From NCBI GenBank assembly GCA_965223905.1, contig CBDCXV010000002.1:320001-384000 (forward strand): a stretch of 64,000 nucleotides of DNA. Reading direction: 5' to 3'. The DNA comes from Candidatus Latescibacterota bacterium (GTDB lineage: Bacteria; Latescibacterota; UBA2968; UBA8231). The notes below the pieces were generated by a model. It worked only from the letters and a program-made list of their open reading frames with translations. It did not search any database and was not told the origin of the DNA. Shown here in pieces: positions 54,109-63,933 of the stretch. The translations under genes and the position numbers were made by a program. The first letter of the stretch is position 1; the number at the start of each line of letters is the position of its first letter.

Positions 54109-55128
54109 ATGGCAGGATCGCCACCCACTAAAAACTCCCCTCACCGGATGGAACGAATCGAGCCGCCTCTCGAGGCGAATCTGAAGGAGCAGTTCGTCGC
54201 CTTGTGGGAGGGTATTTTCGAGACCTCCTACGACTTCCTCGAAACGGTCCTGAAGGGCGGAGAAACGGGATTCAATCGCGACCTGTTTTACTGCATTTCA
54301 CGAGACGGCCGAACCGCGGCTACCTCGCATGTGACGGTGCCGCGCGGAGACCCCACAATCGGAGGTCTCGGAGAGGTAGCGACCGCTGTCGGCCACCGTC
54401 GCCAGGGCATGGCCGCGGCGACCTGTAAGCGCGTGCTGCAGGATTTCAGGCAGAGTGGAGGGGAAGCGCTATTTCTCGGCACCGGCAATCCGGATGCGGC
54501 GCGAGTTTATCACCGACTGGGCTGGCGCAAGTTGTGCGGTTCGAATTCCATGGTCGCCCTGAACCGGCCGCAATCGCCCGAGGCATTCCTCGTCGACTAC
54601 TTCCGCGGCGGTCAACCCGGGGAGATCCGGCCGGCATCGCCGGCCTCTCGAGTGCCGATGATCCCGCTGATCCACACGCCACACGACTGGAAGATCCTCG
54701 ACGCCAACGTTCCGCTCCACTCGAACCGTTACGAGGTGCAGCCTTCGGTCATGGGACTGTACCCCAAGTACGAATCCCTGCTGCGCGCCGGGGGAACCTG
54801 GTTCGAGCTGAGCTGCGACCGCGGCCGCACGGTAGGTCTGGCCAGCGCACGGATGGCGGAGCCGGCTGTCTGCAGGGTGGACGGTTTCGCCCACGCACTC
54901 TACCAGGAAGGATGGCCGGACCTCATCGACGCCGCCTGCCGCTGGGGAAGCGAACGGGGAGCCGCGGTGAGCGAGGCCGTGGTTTGCACCGAAGACGAGG
55001 AAAAACTGGAGGCGTTTCGACTGCTCGGTTTTGCCATCGATCGTGCCGGTCCGGACATGGCCGTCAGCGGCCGTGCCATCGCTTCACATGTGTTGCGCAA
55101 GGAGAACAGAAACGGGGTGCCAGGCTGA
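54109..55128 (+). CDS. GNAT-family N-acetyltransferase
   Basis: LGEVAT...HRRQGMA; NPDAARVYHRLGW; second GNAT-like half ending FRLLGF. Confidence 0.82.
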   Translation: MAGSPPTKNSPHRMERIEPPLEANLKEQFVALWEGIFETSYDFLETVLKGGETGFNRDLFYCISRDGRTAATSHVTVPRGDPTIGGLGEVATAVGHRRQGMAAATCKRVLQDFRQSGGEALFLGTGNPDAARVYHRLGWRKLCGSNSMVALNRPQSPEAFLVDYFRGGQPGEIRPASPASRVPMIPLIHTPHDWKILDANVPLHSNRYEVQPSVMGLYPKYESLLRAGGTWFELSCDRGRTVGLASARMAEPAVCRVDGFAHALYQEGWPDLIDAACRWGSERGAAVSEAVVCTEDEEKLEAFRLLGFAIDRAGPDMAVSGRAIASHVLRKENRNGVPG

Positions 55129-55130
55129 GG

Positions 55131-56298
55131 ATGCAGATATCCGACGTAAAGCTGTTCATCGTAAACAAGGGCGGCAATGTCGAGTTCGGCCTGGGGAACA
55201 CGGCCAACTACGTGATCCTGACCATCCACACCGACCGCGGGATAAAGGGGGTGGGGGAAGCTTTCCACAGCCTCGACGAGCCGATAGAAGGGTGCGTGAC
55301 CAAGTACAAGCGCTGGCTGATCGGAGAGGACCCGACCAAGGTCCTCCACCACTGGCAGGCGATCTATCGCGGCTTGCGCTATCCCCTCGGCACTGCCGAG
55401 CTAGCCGCGTTGAGCGCCGTGGAGCAGGCGCTCTGGGACATCGCCGGCAAGGACTGCGGTCTGCCGATTTACAAGATGCTCGGGGGGCCGAGCCGCGACC
55501 GCGTGCGCGGGTACGCCAGCGGCGGCTGCTGGCCCTCGGGGAACCACGGCACCTTCCTGGAACAGGTGCAGGCCGTCGTCGAGGCGGGATGGCCGGCCCT
55601 GAAGTTCAGCCCTCAGGTAGAAGAGTACGCCTACGATCCCCCGGCCGACGTGGCACCACCCGCAGCAGCGATCCTCGCTCGGCGAGCTCGCCGCCATGGT
55701 GGGCCGGGTGCGCAGGGTGCGGGAAACAGTCGGCGACGACGTCGAGATCTGCCTCGACTACCACGGCCGCAGCATTTCTCCCGCGGAGGCCATACGCCTG
55801 GCCAGGGAAATCGAGCCGTACCACCCGTTCTTTCTCGAAGAGCCGGCCCTGACCGAGAACCCGGATTCCCTGGTGCAGATCAAGGGGCAGACCGCCATCC
55901 CGATCGCCGGTGGCGAACGGGTGGTGCACCGCGACCTGTTCAAGTCGGTGATCGAGAAACGGGCCGTCGACATTCTGCAGCTCGAGCCGACGGCGTGCGG
56001 CGGAATCCTCGAGACCGTGAAACGCGCGGCGGTGGCGGAGCTCTACCACGTCGTGCTGGCGCCTCACCACGCCGGAAGCCCGGTGGCCCTGTGCGCCTGC
56101 GCCCACACCGACGTCGGCTCTCCCCTGAACCGGGACCTGTTCTCCGGCATGCCGAGAGTGACCGGCGGATGGATCGAAATGACGGGAGCGCCCGGTATCG
56201 GGTTGGAGTTCAACGAGGAAGCCGCGGGGGACCACCCGCCGAAGACCTGGGACCGGCCAGTTGTCATCGAAGCGGACGGCTCCATCGGACTCGAGTAG
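55131..56298 (+). pseudogene. DgoD-like acid-sugar dehydratase (MR/MLE family), frameshifted at ~55650-55695 and apparently internally deleted
   Basis: MQISDVK...TDRGIKGVGE...ALWDIAGK...LLG/MLGG in one frame; DYHG, FLEEP, AGGER, APH, PGIG in another. Confidence 0.7.
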
Positions 56299-56391
56299 GT
56301 CCCCCTCCGTCACTGCATCAGGTGATTGCCCACCGTCCCCGTGACGGGTCGAGGATCCAGAACAGCCCGTACATGGCGAACTGCCCTATGG

Positions 56392-56800
56392 TCATGCCGA
56401 GAAAGAGCGGCCGGATCGCGCCGTAGGAATAAGCCGATGCAGCACCATAACCGAGCATCCGACGAGGCCGATCAGGATTATTGCGAGCATGCTCCAGAAC
56501 AGGGGGCGCTTGCGGCCTTCGGCCTCCTCGCTCAGCTTGATCCCGTTGGCGCCATCAGGCCGGAAACGGCGCCCTTGCGGGCAACCTTTCAGTGATGCTC
56601 GCGGGACACCAAATGCGATGGTGCACCAGACTTGGCAGTCCAGACGCTGAGGACCGGCTCCCTGCTGTCGGCAAATCCGAGGTTCGTGTAGATCCCTTCC
56701 TGAACGATGTTCAACGGGTGAACCTCCACAGGCGGGGCAGGAGGTCGCCGAAGCGCCGGTTTGACCTGTTTCCCAACCCGTGGCGACGTTTCGCCACGAG
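56392..56800 (-). CDS. Possible small zinc-ribbon membrane protein, probably frameshifted
   Basis: CPACGG, LDCQVWC and a C-terminal TM segment LFWSMLAIILIGLVGC. Start not resolved. Confidence 0.3.
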
Positions 56801-56958
56801 ACCATTTGCCGGTTCCCCCCGTCTTGCGGTGTGTTGCCATCGACCGCCGTATCCCCCCCGGAAGGTCCCACCCGGCGGCTTGCGAGCCGGCCTCCCCGTG
56901 CCTCAATTCAGGCAACCCATTTCCAAGGGACAGTACACTACCCATGCAGGAGATCAGG

Positions 56959-58083
56959 ATGAATCCGGCACAACTCTACCGCGACCTCGGGGCCACCCCG
57001 GTTATCAATGCCGCCGGTTACCAGACCGTTCTGGGCGGATCGCGCCTTTCCCCCCGAGTGCAGGAGGCGATGGCCGCGGCCAATCGCCATTACGTCGAGA
57101 TGGAGAGGTTGCTGCTGAGCACGGGAGAGGAGATTGCCGGTCTGCTCGGCTGCGAGGCGGCGATGGTGACTCCCGGCTGCGGGGCCGCGCTCGCCCTGTC
57201 GTCGGCGGCCTGCATGTCCGTTGGGAATCCCGGGAGGATGGAGCAGCTGCCCGATACTACCGGGATTGCGAACGAGTTTCTGCTGCAGGCGCGGCAACAT
57301 TACCACTACCAGCGCTGCCTGACGATCTTCGGCGGGGTGCTCGTCGACGCGGGGGACGACGCCGGAACCTCGGCGGCCCAACTGCAAGCCGCGGTCAGTG
57401 GCAACACCGCGGCGATCCATTTCTTCGCATCGGGTGACGAGGACGACTCGATTCTCGACCTCGAAGGGGTCTTCTCAGTGGCCGCACCCAGGGGGCTGCC
57501 GGTCACGGTCGACGCGGCGTACCAGGTCTACCCGCTCGAGACCATGTGGCATGTCGCCTCCTGCGGCGGCCTCGTCGGTTTCGGCGCCAAGTACATAGGG
57601 GCGCCCAATTCCACCGGCATCCTGTGCGGGCCTCGCGAGCTGCTCGAAGCGGCCTACCTGCACAGCTTCATCGGCTTCGAGACCAGCGATTACGAAACCC
57701 TGGGGCGCCCCTTGAAGCTCGATCGCCAGGAAATCGTCGCGGTGGTCGTGGCGCTAAGGGAGTGGTTGGCGATGGATCACGGCGCCCGCATCGCCGAGCA
57801 CTGGGCCAGGGCGGATCGCATCCTCGACGCTCTCGACGGCGTGCCCCATGTCGAAGCGGCGCGGCACGTGGAGGAGAACAGCCTCAGCAACGGCGTCATG
57901 GTGACTCTCGACGAGCAGGCCCTGGGGAGGACGGCAGGCGAAGTCGTCGCGGCGCTGAAGGGAGAGGACCCGAGCATCTGGACGCGCCAGTACGGCTCGC
58001 GAATCCGCGTGGCCGTGGCGCATCTGATCGAAGACGAGGCCGACACCGTCAATGCGCGGCTGAGACACCATCTGAAAGGGTGA
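56959..58083 (+). CDS. SelA-like/DgaE-family PLP-dependent enzyme
   Basis: LGATPVINAAG...LGGS, VTVDAA, FGAKYIGAPNSTGILCG, GRPLKLDRQEI; AGGAG RBS. Confidence 0.82.
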   Translation: MNPAQLYRDLGATPVINAAGYQTVLGGSRLSPRVQEAMAAANRHYVEMERLLLSTGEEIAGLLGCEAAMVTPGCGAALALSSAACMSVGNPGRMEQLPDTTGIANEFLLQARQHYHYQRCLTIFGGVLVDAGDDAGTSAAQLQAAVSGNTAAIHFFASGDEDDSILDLEGVFSVAAPRGLPVTVDAAYQVYPLETMWHVASCGGLVGFGAKYIGAPNSTGILCGPRELLEAAYLHSFIGFETSDYETLGRPLKLDRQEIVAVVVALREWLAMDHGARIAEHWARADRILDALDGVPHVEAARHVEENSLSNGVMVTLDEQALGRTAGEVVAALKGEDPSIWTRQYGSRIRVAVAHLIEDEADTVNARLRHHLKG

Positions 58084-58393
58084 CGAGGCCTGGAAATATC
58101 TCGGTATCCCGCCCGTTGAGCGCGCCGATGTCGCCGAAGAACAACGCCTTCCCCGTCTGACCGGCGCGGCTCCAGTCGGGAAACGATCCCGATCGTTCGT
58201 TTTCGTCATGTTACGGAAAATACCGGGATGCGGAGCGAAGCTCGGATGCCCAGTGGTACAGGGGGAAATCCCCCTTCCGTCAAGGGATAATTCCCAACCG
58301 CCAGATCGTCGTCCCCTTCGGGCAACCTCGGCGATTCAGGTATCGCTGGCGGAGATTTGACGGGAAGCCCGAATGCGCCATTTTCCGGCGCCC

Positions 58394-59473
58394 ATGAAGC
58401 TGCTGTTCGATGGCCACCTCGATCTGGCCCTCTATGCCCTGGCCTGGAACCGGGACGTCACCGAGACCACCTCTCTGATCAACAGGCGCGAGGCCCACAT
58501 GTCCGGGTTCGGCCGCGGCCTCGCCAACGCCAGCCTGCCGGAAATGCGCCGCGGTGGCGTGGCAGCATGCCTTTCGACCGTCGCCGCCCGCGCCAACCGG
58601 GAGGTGCAGCCGCCGGAAGGCCACAAGCGCACCGACCTGGATTTCGGCACCCCGTCCATGGCCTACGCCTGGGCCCAGGGGCAGCTCGCCTACTACCGCG
58701 CCCTGCAGCGACAGGGAGAGATATCCCTGATCGGCGCCGCGGCGGAGTTGCGGTCCCACTGGCAGAGCTGGAGCCGGGCGGAAACCCGCGATGAGCTGCC
58801 GGTCGGCATCATCGTATCGATGGAATGCGCAGATCCCATCATCGAGCCTGCGCAGGCGGCGGATTGGTTCGCCGACGGGGTGCGCTCGGTGAGCCTGGCT
58901 CACTTCGGCCCGAGTCGCTACGCCCAGGGGACAGGGGCCGACGGGCCGTTGACCCGCAAAGGGTTCGAGCTGCTGCGCGAGTTCGAGAGCGTCGGCATGG
59001 TTCTCGATCTCACCCACACCGCCGACCAGGCCTTCTACCAGGCCCTGGATTCCTTCGGCGGGCCGGTGATCGCCAGTCACACCAACTGCCGCGCCCTGGT
59101 TCCCGGGGACCGTCAGTTTGCCGACGAGCAGCTGAAGCTGCTGATCGAGCGTGGTGCCGTCATCGGCTCGGCTTTCGACGCCTGGATGCTGGTGCCGGGC
59201 TGGGTGGTCTACGAGTCGCAGCCCGGGGATCTGCCGATGGAGAGGGTAGCCGACCATGTCGACCGCGTCTGCCAGCTGGCGGGCAACGCCCGGCACGCCG
59301 CCATCGGCACGGACACCGGTACCAACGACCACATGCCCGTGGATTTCAGGACCAGTGCCGACCTGCGAAAGATCGAGGAGATTCTCGAGCGCCGCGGCTA
59401 CTCGGATGGCGATATCGATCGCATTCTGTACCTGAACTGGCTGGAGTTCTTTCTCCGCCACCTGCCGTCGTAG
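58394..59473 (+). CDS. Membrane dipeptidase (peptidase M19/amidohydrolase) family protein
   Basis: FDGHLD, SMECAD, LDLTH, IASHTNCR, HAAIGTD, NWLEF. Confidence 0.88.
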   Translation: MKLLFDGHLDLALYALAWNRDVTETTSLINRREAHMSGFGRGLANASLPEMRRGGVAACLSTVAARANREVQPPEGHKRTDLDFGTPSMAYAWAQGQLAYYRALQRQGEISLIGAAAELRSHWQSWSRAETRDELPVGIIVSMECADPIIEPAQAADWFADGVRSVSLAHFGPSRYAQGTGADGPLTRKGFELLREFESVGMVLDLTHTADQAFYQALDSFGGPVIASHTNCRALVPGDRQFADEQLKLLIERGAVIGSAFDAWMLVPGWVVYESQPGDLPMERVADHVDRVCQLAGNARHAAIGTDTGTNDHMPVDFRTSADLRKIEEILERRGYSDGDIDRILYLNWLEFFLRHLPS

Positions 59474-59479
59474 GACCCC

Positions 59480-60325
59480 ATCAGCTCCACCCTGCTGCTA
59501 ATTCTCTCCGTCGTAACCTCCTTCCTGTTCGGCCAGCTGTTCAAGTGGTCGCAGCGCCGCGGCTGCTTCGGACCGCTGGTGGTGACCGCAAATTACCTCG
59601 TAGCCGCCGCGGTCCTGGCTGCGTACCTGCAGTGGCGGGGCGGCATCGAGCTGGGGCCCCCGGTGGTCCTCGTCGGGGGGGCAACCGGGTTTTCTTTCGT
59701 CGTCTCGATGTTCCTGATGACCTGGGCGCTAGAGGTTTCCGACGCCGCTATCATCCTCACCGCCTTCCGCCTGTCGATCGTCGTGCCGATCGCCGTTTCC
59801 GTGCTGCTGTGGAACGAGGAGGTATCGGCGTTGCAGTTCGCCGGCGTCGTCCTGGCGATGCTCTCGCTGGTGCTGATGAGCGCGGGCACCAAAGGCCTTG
59901 GTCTGCGGGGGCTGGTGCCGCAGGCCGCCCTTGCGGTAACCGTCTGCCTGCTCCAGGGGGTGAGCCACACCTGCGTGCGCTGGGTGCATCACGCCGGCCT
60001 CGACGGCTATCAGCTCGAGGTGCTGATGGTCATCACCGGCAGCGCCGGCATCCTCGGGGCGGTGGCTTTGGGGTTGGCGGGCAGACCTCCGAACCTGGAC
60101 GCGGTGCGCGTGGGGGCCGGTATCGGCGCTTTCAACGCCCTGGCGCTGGCGATCTTTCTCGCCACCCTGGCGCGCTTCTCCAGCGCCCAGTTCTTCCCGA
60201 TCACCGGCTGCGCCGTCGTGATAATGGACGTCCTGGTTGCCCGCGTCGTCTGGCGGGAACGGGTTTCCCCGCTGAGCGCCATCGGCGCCGCGGCCGGCGC
60301 CGGGTCGATGCTGCTGGTGTTCTGA
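59480..60325 (+). CDS. DMT/EamA-family transporter
   Basis: Multiple hydrophobic helices in two repeats. Frame is open from 59474, and the first TM segment (ISSTLLLILSVV) lies upstream of the first GTG. Confidence 0.78.
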   Translation: MSSTLLLILSVVTSFLFGQLFKWSQRRGCFGPLVVTANYLVAAAVLAAYLQWRGGIELGPPVVLVGGATGFSFVVSMFLMTWALEVSDAAIILTAFRLSIVVPIAVSVLLWNEEVSALQFAGVVLAMLSLVLMSAGTKGLGLRGLVPQAALAVTVCLLQGVSHTCVRWVHHAGLDGYQLEVLMVITGSAGILGAVALGLAGRPPNLDAVRVGAGIGAFNALALAIFLATLARFSSAQFFPITGCAVVIMDVLVARVVWRERVSPLSAIGAAAGAGSMLLVF

Positions 60326-61177
60326 TCAGGCGCCGGCCGCGGCCTCGTTCAGCAGCGCTTCGATGTCCTCACCCGGGTGGCTCGGAGGTCCGACGATGGC
60401 GCGCTGAAGGGCCGTCAGCTCGATCTCTTCCCACTGGGGGTTGTAGCTGTGAAGGTGGGACGAAGGGGAGTAGAGGTAGCGCAGCAGCCGCCGCTCGTGG
60501 TCCGCTTTCCAGGGCAGGGTCCCGTGGGTGAGGGCCTCGGTGAAGATCACCGCGTCCCCGGCCCGCATCGGGATATGCAGGATGCATCCGAGGTCGATTT
60601 CGAGGCGGCGGCACCTCCAGGGGGCAGAGGTAGTTGGCCTTGTGGCTGCCGGGATGCAGGCGAATCCCCCGTCCTCGGGGCCGACGTCGCTGAGGGAGTA
60701 GCTCACCGACATCAGGCCGTTGTTCATGCGCCCGTTCTCGAAGCGGTGGTAGAACACGTCGCGCATGTGGTCGTGCTCGGGGGTTCCCCCGCCGTGGAAG
60801 ATGAACCCCTCGCTGCCCCGCGTCATGCTGATGCCGGCGGTGCCGGCGAGGCGGAAGCGCGGACCGATGACCGCCACTATCGCCCGCAGGATGCCCGGCA
60901 GGGTGACGACTTCCCGGAACACCCGGCACCAGGGCTCCTCCCAGAACAGGAAGCTGCCGAAGTCGCCGCGGCCGTGGTCCCCCTTCAGGCCTTCAGCAGC
61001 CCGCCCCCCCTGCTCCTCGAGGCTGCCGTCGAGGGCCTGCTCGCGGGTGCGGATGTGGATCTGGTCGCGGTGGTGGTCGATCGCCCCGTTCATCGCTGCG
61101 ACCTGCGCCGGGGTCAGGGCGCCGGGGACGAGGATGTAGCCGTTGAGGTCGAAGAGGTATTTCTCGTATTCGGTCAT
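60326..61177 (-). CDS. PhyH-family Fe(II)/2-oxoglutarate dioxygenase with compensating indels at ~60610-60653
   Basis: EKYLFDLNGY, FHGGG, DGGF, GDAVIFTEALTHGT; PGSHKANY is present in the shifted frame. Confidence 0.85.
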   Translation of the reverse strand: MTEYEKYLFDLNGYILVPGALTPAQVAAMNGAIDHHRDQIHIRTREQALDGSLEEQGGRAAEGLKGDHGRGDFGSFLFWEEPWCRVFREVVTLPGILRAIVAVIGPRFRLAGTAGISMTRGSEGFIFHGGGTPEHDHMRDVFYHRFENGRMNNGLMSVSYSLSDVGPEDGGFACIPAATRPTTSAPWRCRRLEIDLGCILHIPMRAGDAVIFTEALTHGTLPWKADHERRLLRYLYSPSSHLHSYNPQWEEIELTALQRAIVGPPSHPGEDIEALLNEAAAGA

Positions 61178-61186
61178 GGCTGCAGG

Positions 61187-63121
61187 TCAGAACGGCGCGT
61201 TGGAATAAGCAGGGGTAGCCGCGTAGCGGTCGGTAGCCATGTCGAGGGTGATCTCCATCCCGGGAGGCAGGGTGACGGCGCAGTGGGTCGAGTTCACCTC
61301 GGTGCGGCGTTCTTCCAGTTTCGTCGCCGGCGGCGAGGAAGTGCCGGCGTACCCGCCCAACTGTCCCGGCCACACGCTGGTGCGGCCGCGGCTCTTCACG
61401 GTGCCGAACCGGTGCTCGCCGAAGGCGCCGGCCTGCAGTATCAACTCACGCGTTTCGGTGCCGCCGAGGTTCACCAGGCGCACCACCGTGCGCTCGGCCT
61501 CGAGCTCCTCCACCAGGGCGGCAACGCCGGGGGGCAACCCCGGGCGCCGCTGCTGCGCGTCAAAGTAGCGCAGACGCGCGTGCAGAAGGCCGCCGTTGTA
61601 TACCTGCTGCGGCGCCCCGAGGGTGAGCTGCACCAGCGCCTCCGAGGAGACCGGGTTCGCCCACTGCCAGTGGTGGACGTGGTGCCGCGTGCCGACCGAT
61701 TCGTCTTCCCGCACGAGCGCCAGCCGCCGGCGCGCGATCTGCTCGGTGGCGTGCAGGATACGCTCGGGATAGTCCGGGTTGGCGCCGGCCAGGAACCGCA
61801 CCCAGGGCGCCTCGTGGCCGCCGTCGGTCTTGCCGTGGAAGGCGCTCACCCCGTTCCAGTCGCCGCCGCTTTTTGCCTGCATCTCTTCGATGCGGCTCCA
61901 GTCCTCCTCGGCCATCGACAGGTTCCACAGGGAGATCGGCCAGACCGGGGAGGGCGGCGCCCAGTCGAACCAGCCGGCGTCGCCGTAGCGAAGGGGCACC
62001 ATGAATGTTTCGCCGCCGCCGGACGGGGCCCCGCTCGACTGCCCCGGCCCCAGGGTGTCGCGGGCGTCCTCCCGGCGCAGCTCCCCGAGCTCGAGCATGC
62101 GGTCGAGCTGGCCGCGCGGCAGGTCGAGGTAGCTCGAGTCGCGGGTCAGCAGGAAGGCGTTGGCGCCGGCGTCGAAGATGGCGGCGATCAGGGTGGCGAA
62201 GCCGTGCGGCCAGGTCCAGCCGTAGAGGCCGCCGTACCAGTTGCCGCTGCAGTACTCACCCACCTTTCCGGAGAGGCCGACATTGTCCGGGATCAGGCCG
62301 CCGTTCTCATCAGCCCTGCGCATCCAGGCCCCGGTGTACTCGACCACCCAGTCGCGGTACTTCTCTTCGCCGCTGACCAGGAAGGCGTTGGTCACCAGGG
62401 TCGTGATCGACAGGTTCGAGGCGACGTCGCCGCGGCTGTGGCGGTCGTACATCGCCTGCCCCATGGCCCTGGCTTTCTGCGGGTCGCCGAGGTCCTTCAC
62501 CGTCGTTATGCCCGGCAGGTCGAAGAAGGGGAGGCTGTAGCGCTCCATGGTGGTGCCGACAGGCGCGTACGCACGGTTCTGGCGCGATTCGGGCGGGGCG
62601 ATCCAGGCGCCGCGGCTGCCGTTCAGGGGGGACATGACGATGCGGTGCGCCGGATCGTAGTTGACCGCCTCGGGGTCCTCGTTGAGGTAGAAGCCGGCGA
62701 AGCGGCGGGCGCGCTCGCTCCATTTGTCTGCCAGCGGATTGGCGAGGCAGAGGTTGTAGAAGAAGATGTCGCTTTCCGACTGGTGGAAGTTGTCCTCCCT
62801 GATCCCGTACTCCTCGTGCACGGCGCCGAGGCGGGTGAGCTGCCGGGTGATCGCCTCCCAATGGCCCTCGGCCAGGGAGAGCATGTGCTCGGCGCCCCCC
62901 ATCATGTAGATCACCGGCCAGCTGAAGAACGGCTCGTAGTAGTCGTCGCAGCTGCCCCCGCCCCATTCGTCCCGCCAGACGAACTCGCCGTCGTCCCGGG
63001 TGAAGTGCTCGAGAAAGGGGTGGACGGAGTCGTTGAGGAGGTCGATCAGGTGGCGTTCCCACACCGCCCAGGAGGGCAGCTCGGAAACCGGGACGTCGGC
63101 GGTGATGCGGGTGTCGGTCAT
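61187..63121 (-). CDS. Conserved hypothetical protein, probable alpha-helical barrel enzyme
   Basis: 644-aa ORF packed between PhyH genes; DDYYE, GLIPDNVG, WYGGLYGWTWPHG, LQAGAFGEH. Confidence 0.7.
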   Translation of the reverse strand: MTDTRITADVPVSELPSWAVWERHLIDLLNDSVHPFLEHFTRDDGEFVWRDEWGGGSCDDYYEPFFSWPVIYMMGGAEHMLSLAEGHWEAITRQLTRLGAVHEEYGIREDNFHQSESDIFFYNLCLANPLADKWSERARRFAGFYLNEDPEAVNYDPAHRIVMSPLNGSRGAWIAPPESRQNRAYAPVGTTMERYSLPFFDLPGITTVKDLGDPQKARAMGQAMYDRHSRGDVASNLSITTLVTNAFLVSGEEKYRDWVVEYTGAWMRRADENGGLIPDNVGLSGKVGEYCSGNWYGGLYGWTWPHGFATLIAAIFDAGANAFLLTRDSSYLDLPRGQLDRMLELGELRREDARDTLGPGQSSGAPSGGGETFMVPLRYGDAGWFDWAPPSPVWPISLWNLSMAEEDWSRIEEMQAKSGGDWNGVSAFHGKTDGGHEAPWVRFLAGANPDYPERILHATEQIARRRLALVREDESVGTRHHVHHWQWANPVSSEALVQLTLGAPQQVYNGGLLHARLRYFDAQQRRPGLPPGVAALVEELEAERTVVRLVNLGGTETRELILQAGAFGEHRFGTVKSRGRTSVWPGQLGGYAGTSSPPATKLEERRTEVNSTHCAVTLPPGMEITLDMATDRYAATPAYSNAPF

Positions 63122-63134
63122 GGGTGATTTTCGG

Positions 63135-63914
63135 CTACTGCCCGGTGGGGCGGAAGAGGGCGCGCTGCTCGTCGCTCATGTCGAGGGCGAAATCCGGCAC
63201 CTCCGAGCGGTGGTACCCAGGTCCGTGGGCCTGGGTACCGGTGTTGTACTTGTAGATGAGCGAGCGCCGCTGGTGCTCCCCCTGCCAGACCAGGGTGCCG
63301 TGGGTGACCGCCTCGGTGAAGATGACGGCGTCCCCCGGCTCGGTGTGGATCTCCTTCACGTAGTCGCGGTGCTGCTCGTACATCGCCAGGCTCTTCGGCG
63401 TCGGGAAGTGGCTCTTGTGGGATCCGGGGACGATGGCGAGACCGCCGTCGCCGGGGCCTTCGGCGGCGAGTTGGAACTCGACCACGGTGAGGCCGCAGAA
63501 CATCCGGTCGTACTTGAACTCGTAGGTCTGCGAGAAGTCCTGGCGCTCGACCGCGCCGCCGTGGAGATAGTGGCCGCCATTCCCCTTGTCCATGGCGATC
63601 AGCATGGGGCCGTGGTCGAGGCGGGGGTTGCCGAGCAGCTCTGACAGCAGGGGCCTGATGCGCGGGTGCACGAGCAGCTCGCGGAACGGCTCGCACCAGG
63701 GGCGCTCCCAGGCCAGCATCCCCTCCATCCACTTCTGCTTGGCAGTGCCCCCGAGGACCCGGGAGTCCCCCTCGAGCTTGCGGTCGGTCTCGAAGAAGGT
63801 GCCGGCGTGGCGGTCGATGGCCTCGTTGCAGCGCGCGACCTCCTCCGGGGAAAGCACCCCTCTGAGCAGGAGGTACCCCTTCAAGTCGAAGAGGAATTTC
63901 TCGTCGTCGTTCAC
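63135..63914 (-). CDS. PhyH-family Fe(II)/2-oxoglutarate dioxygenase
   Basis: EKFLFDLKGY, LHGG, DGGLAIVPGSHK, GDAVIFTEAVTHGT, RRSLIYKY. Confidence 0.9.
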   Translation of the reverse strand: MNDDEKFLFDLKGYLLLRGVLSPEEVARCNEAIDRHAGTFFETDRKLEGDSRVLGGTAKQKWMEGMLAWERPWCEPFRELLVHPRIRPLLSELLGNPRLDHGPMLIAMDKGNGGHYLHGGAVERQDFSQTYEFKYDRMFCGLTVVEFQLAAEGPGDGGLAIVPGSHKSHFPTPKSLAMYEQHRDYVKEIHTEPGDAVIFTEAVTHGTLVWQGEHQRRSLIYKYNTGTQAHGPGYHRSEVPDFALDMSDEQRALFRPTGQ

Positions 63915-63933
63915 TTGTGTCCTGTCCCCCGGA

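Noticed and set aside
56959-58083. Genuine selenocysteine synthase selA
   Set aside because: Shorter, lacks the SelA N-terminal domain, and no selB, selC or selD nearby; fits the SelA-like/DgaE group.
58261-58295. GGGGGAAATCCCCC and GGGATAATTCCC mini-palindromes resembling the one at 24971
   Set aside because: Short G/C-run palindromes are expected by chance at this GC content; no regulator to link them to.
59471-59473. Amber read-through fusing the dipeptidase and the DMT transporter
   Set aside because: No pyl genes in the window, other genes end normally in TAG, and the fusion is implausible.
60377-63127. 916-aa plus-strand ORF, and the 568-aa ORF at 58825-60531
   Set aside because: Shadow or alternative frames of well-supported genes; low-information Arg/Gly/Ala-rich translations.
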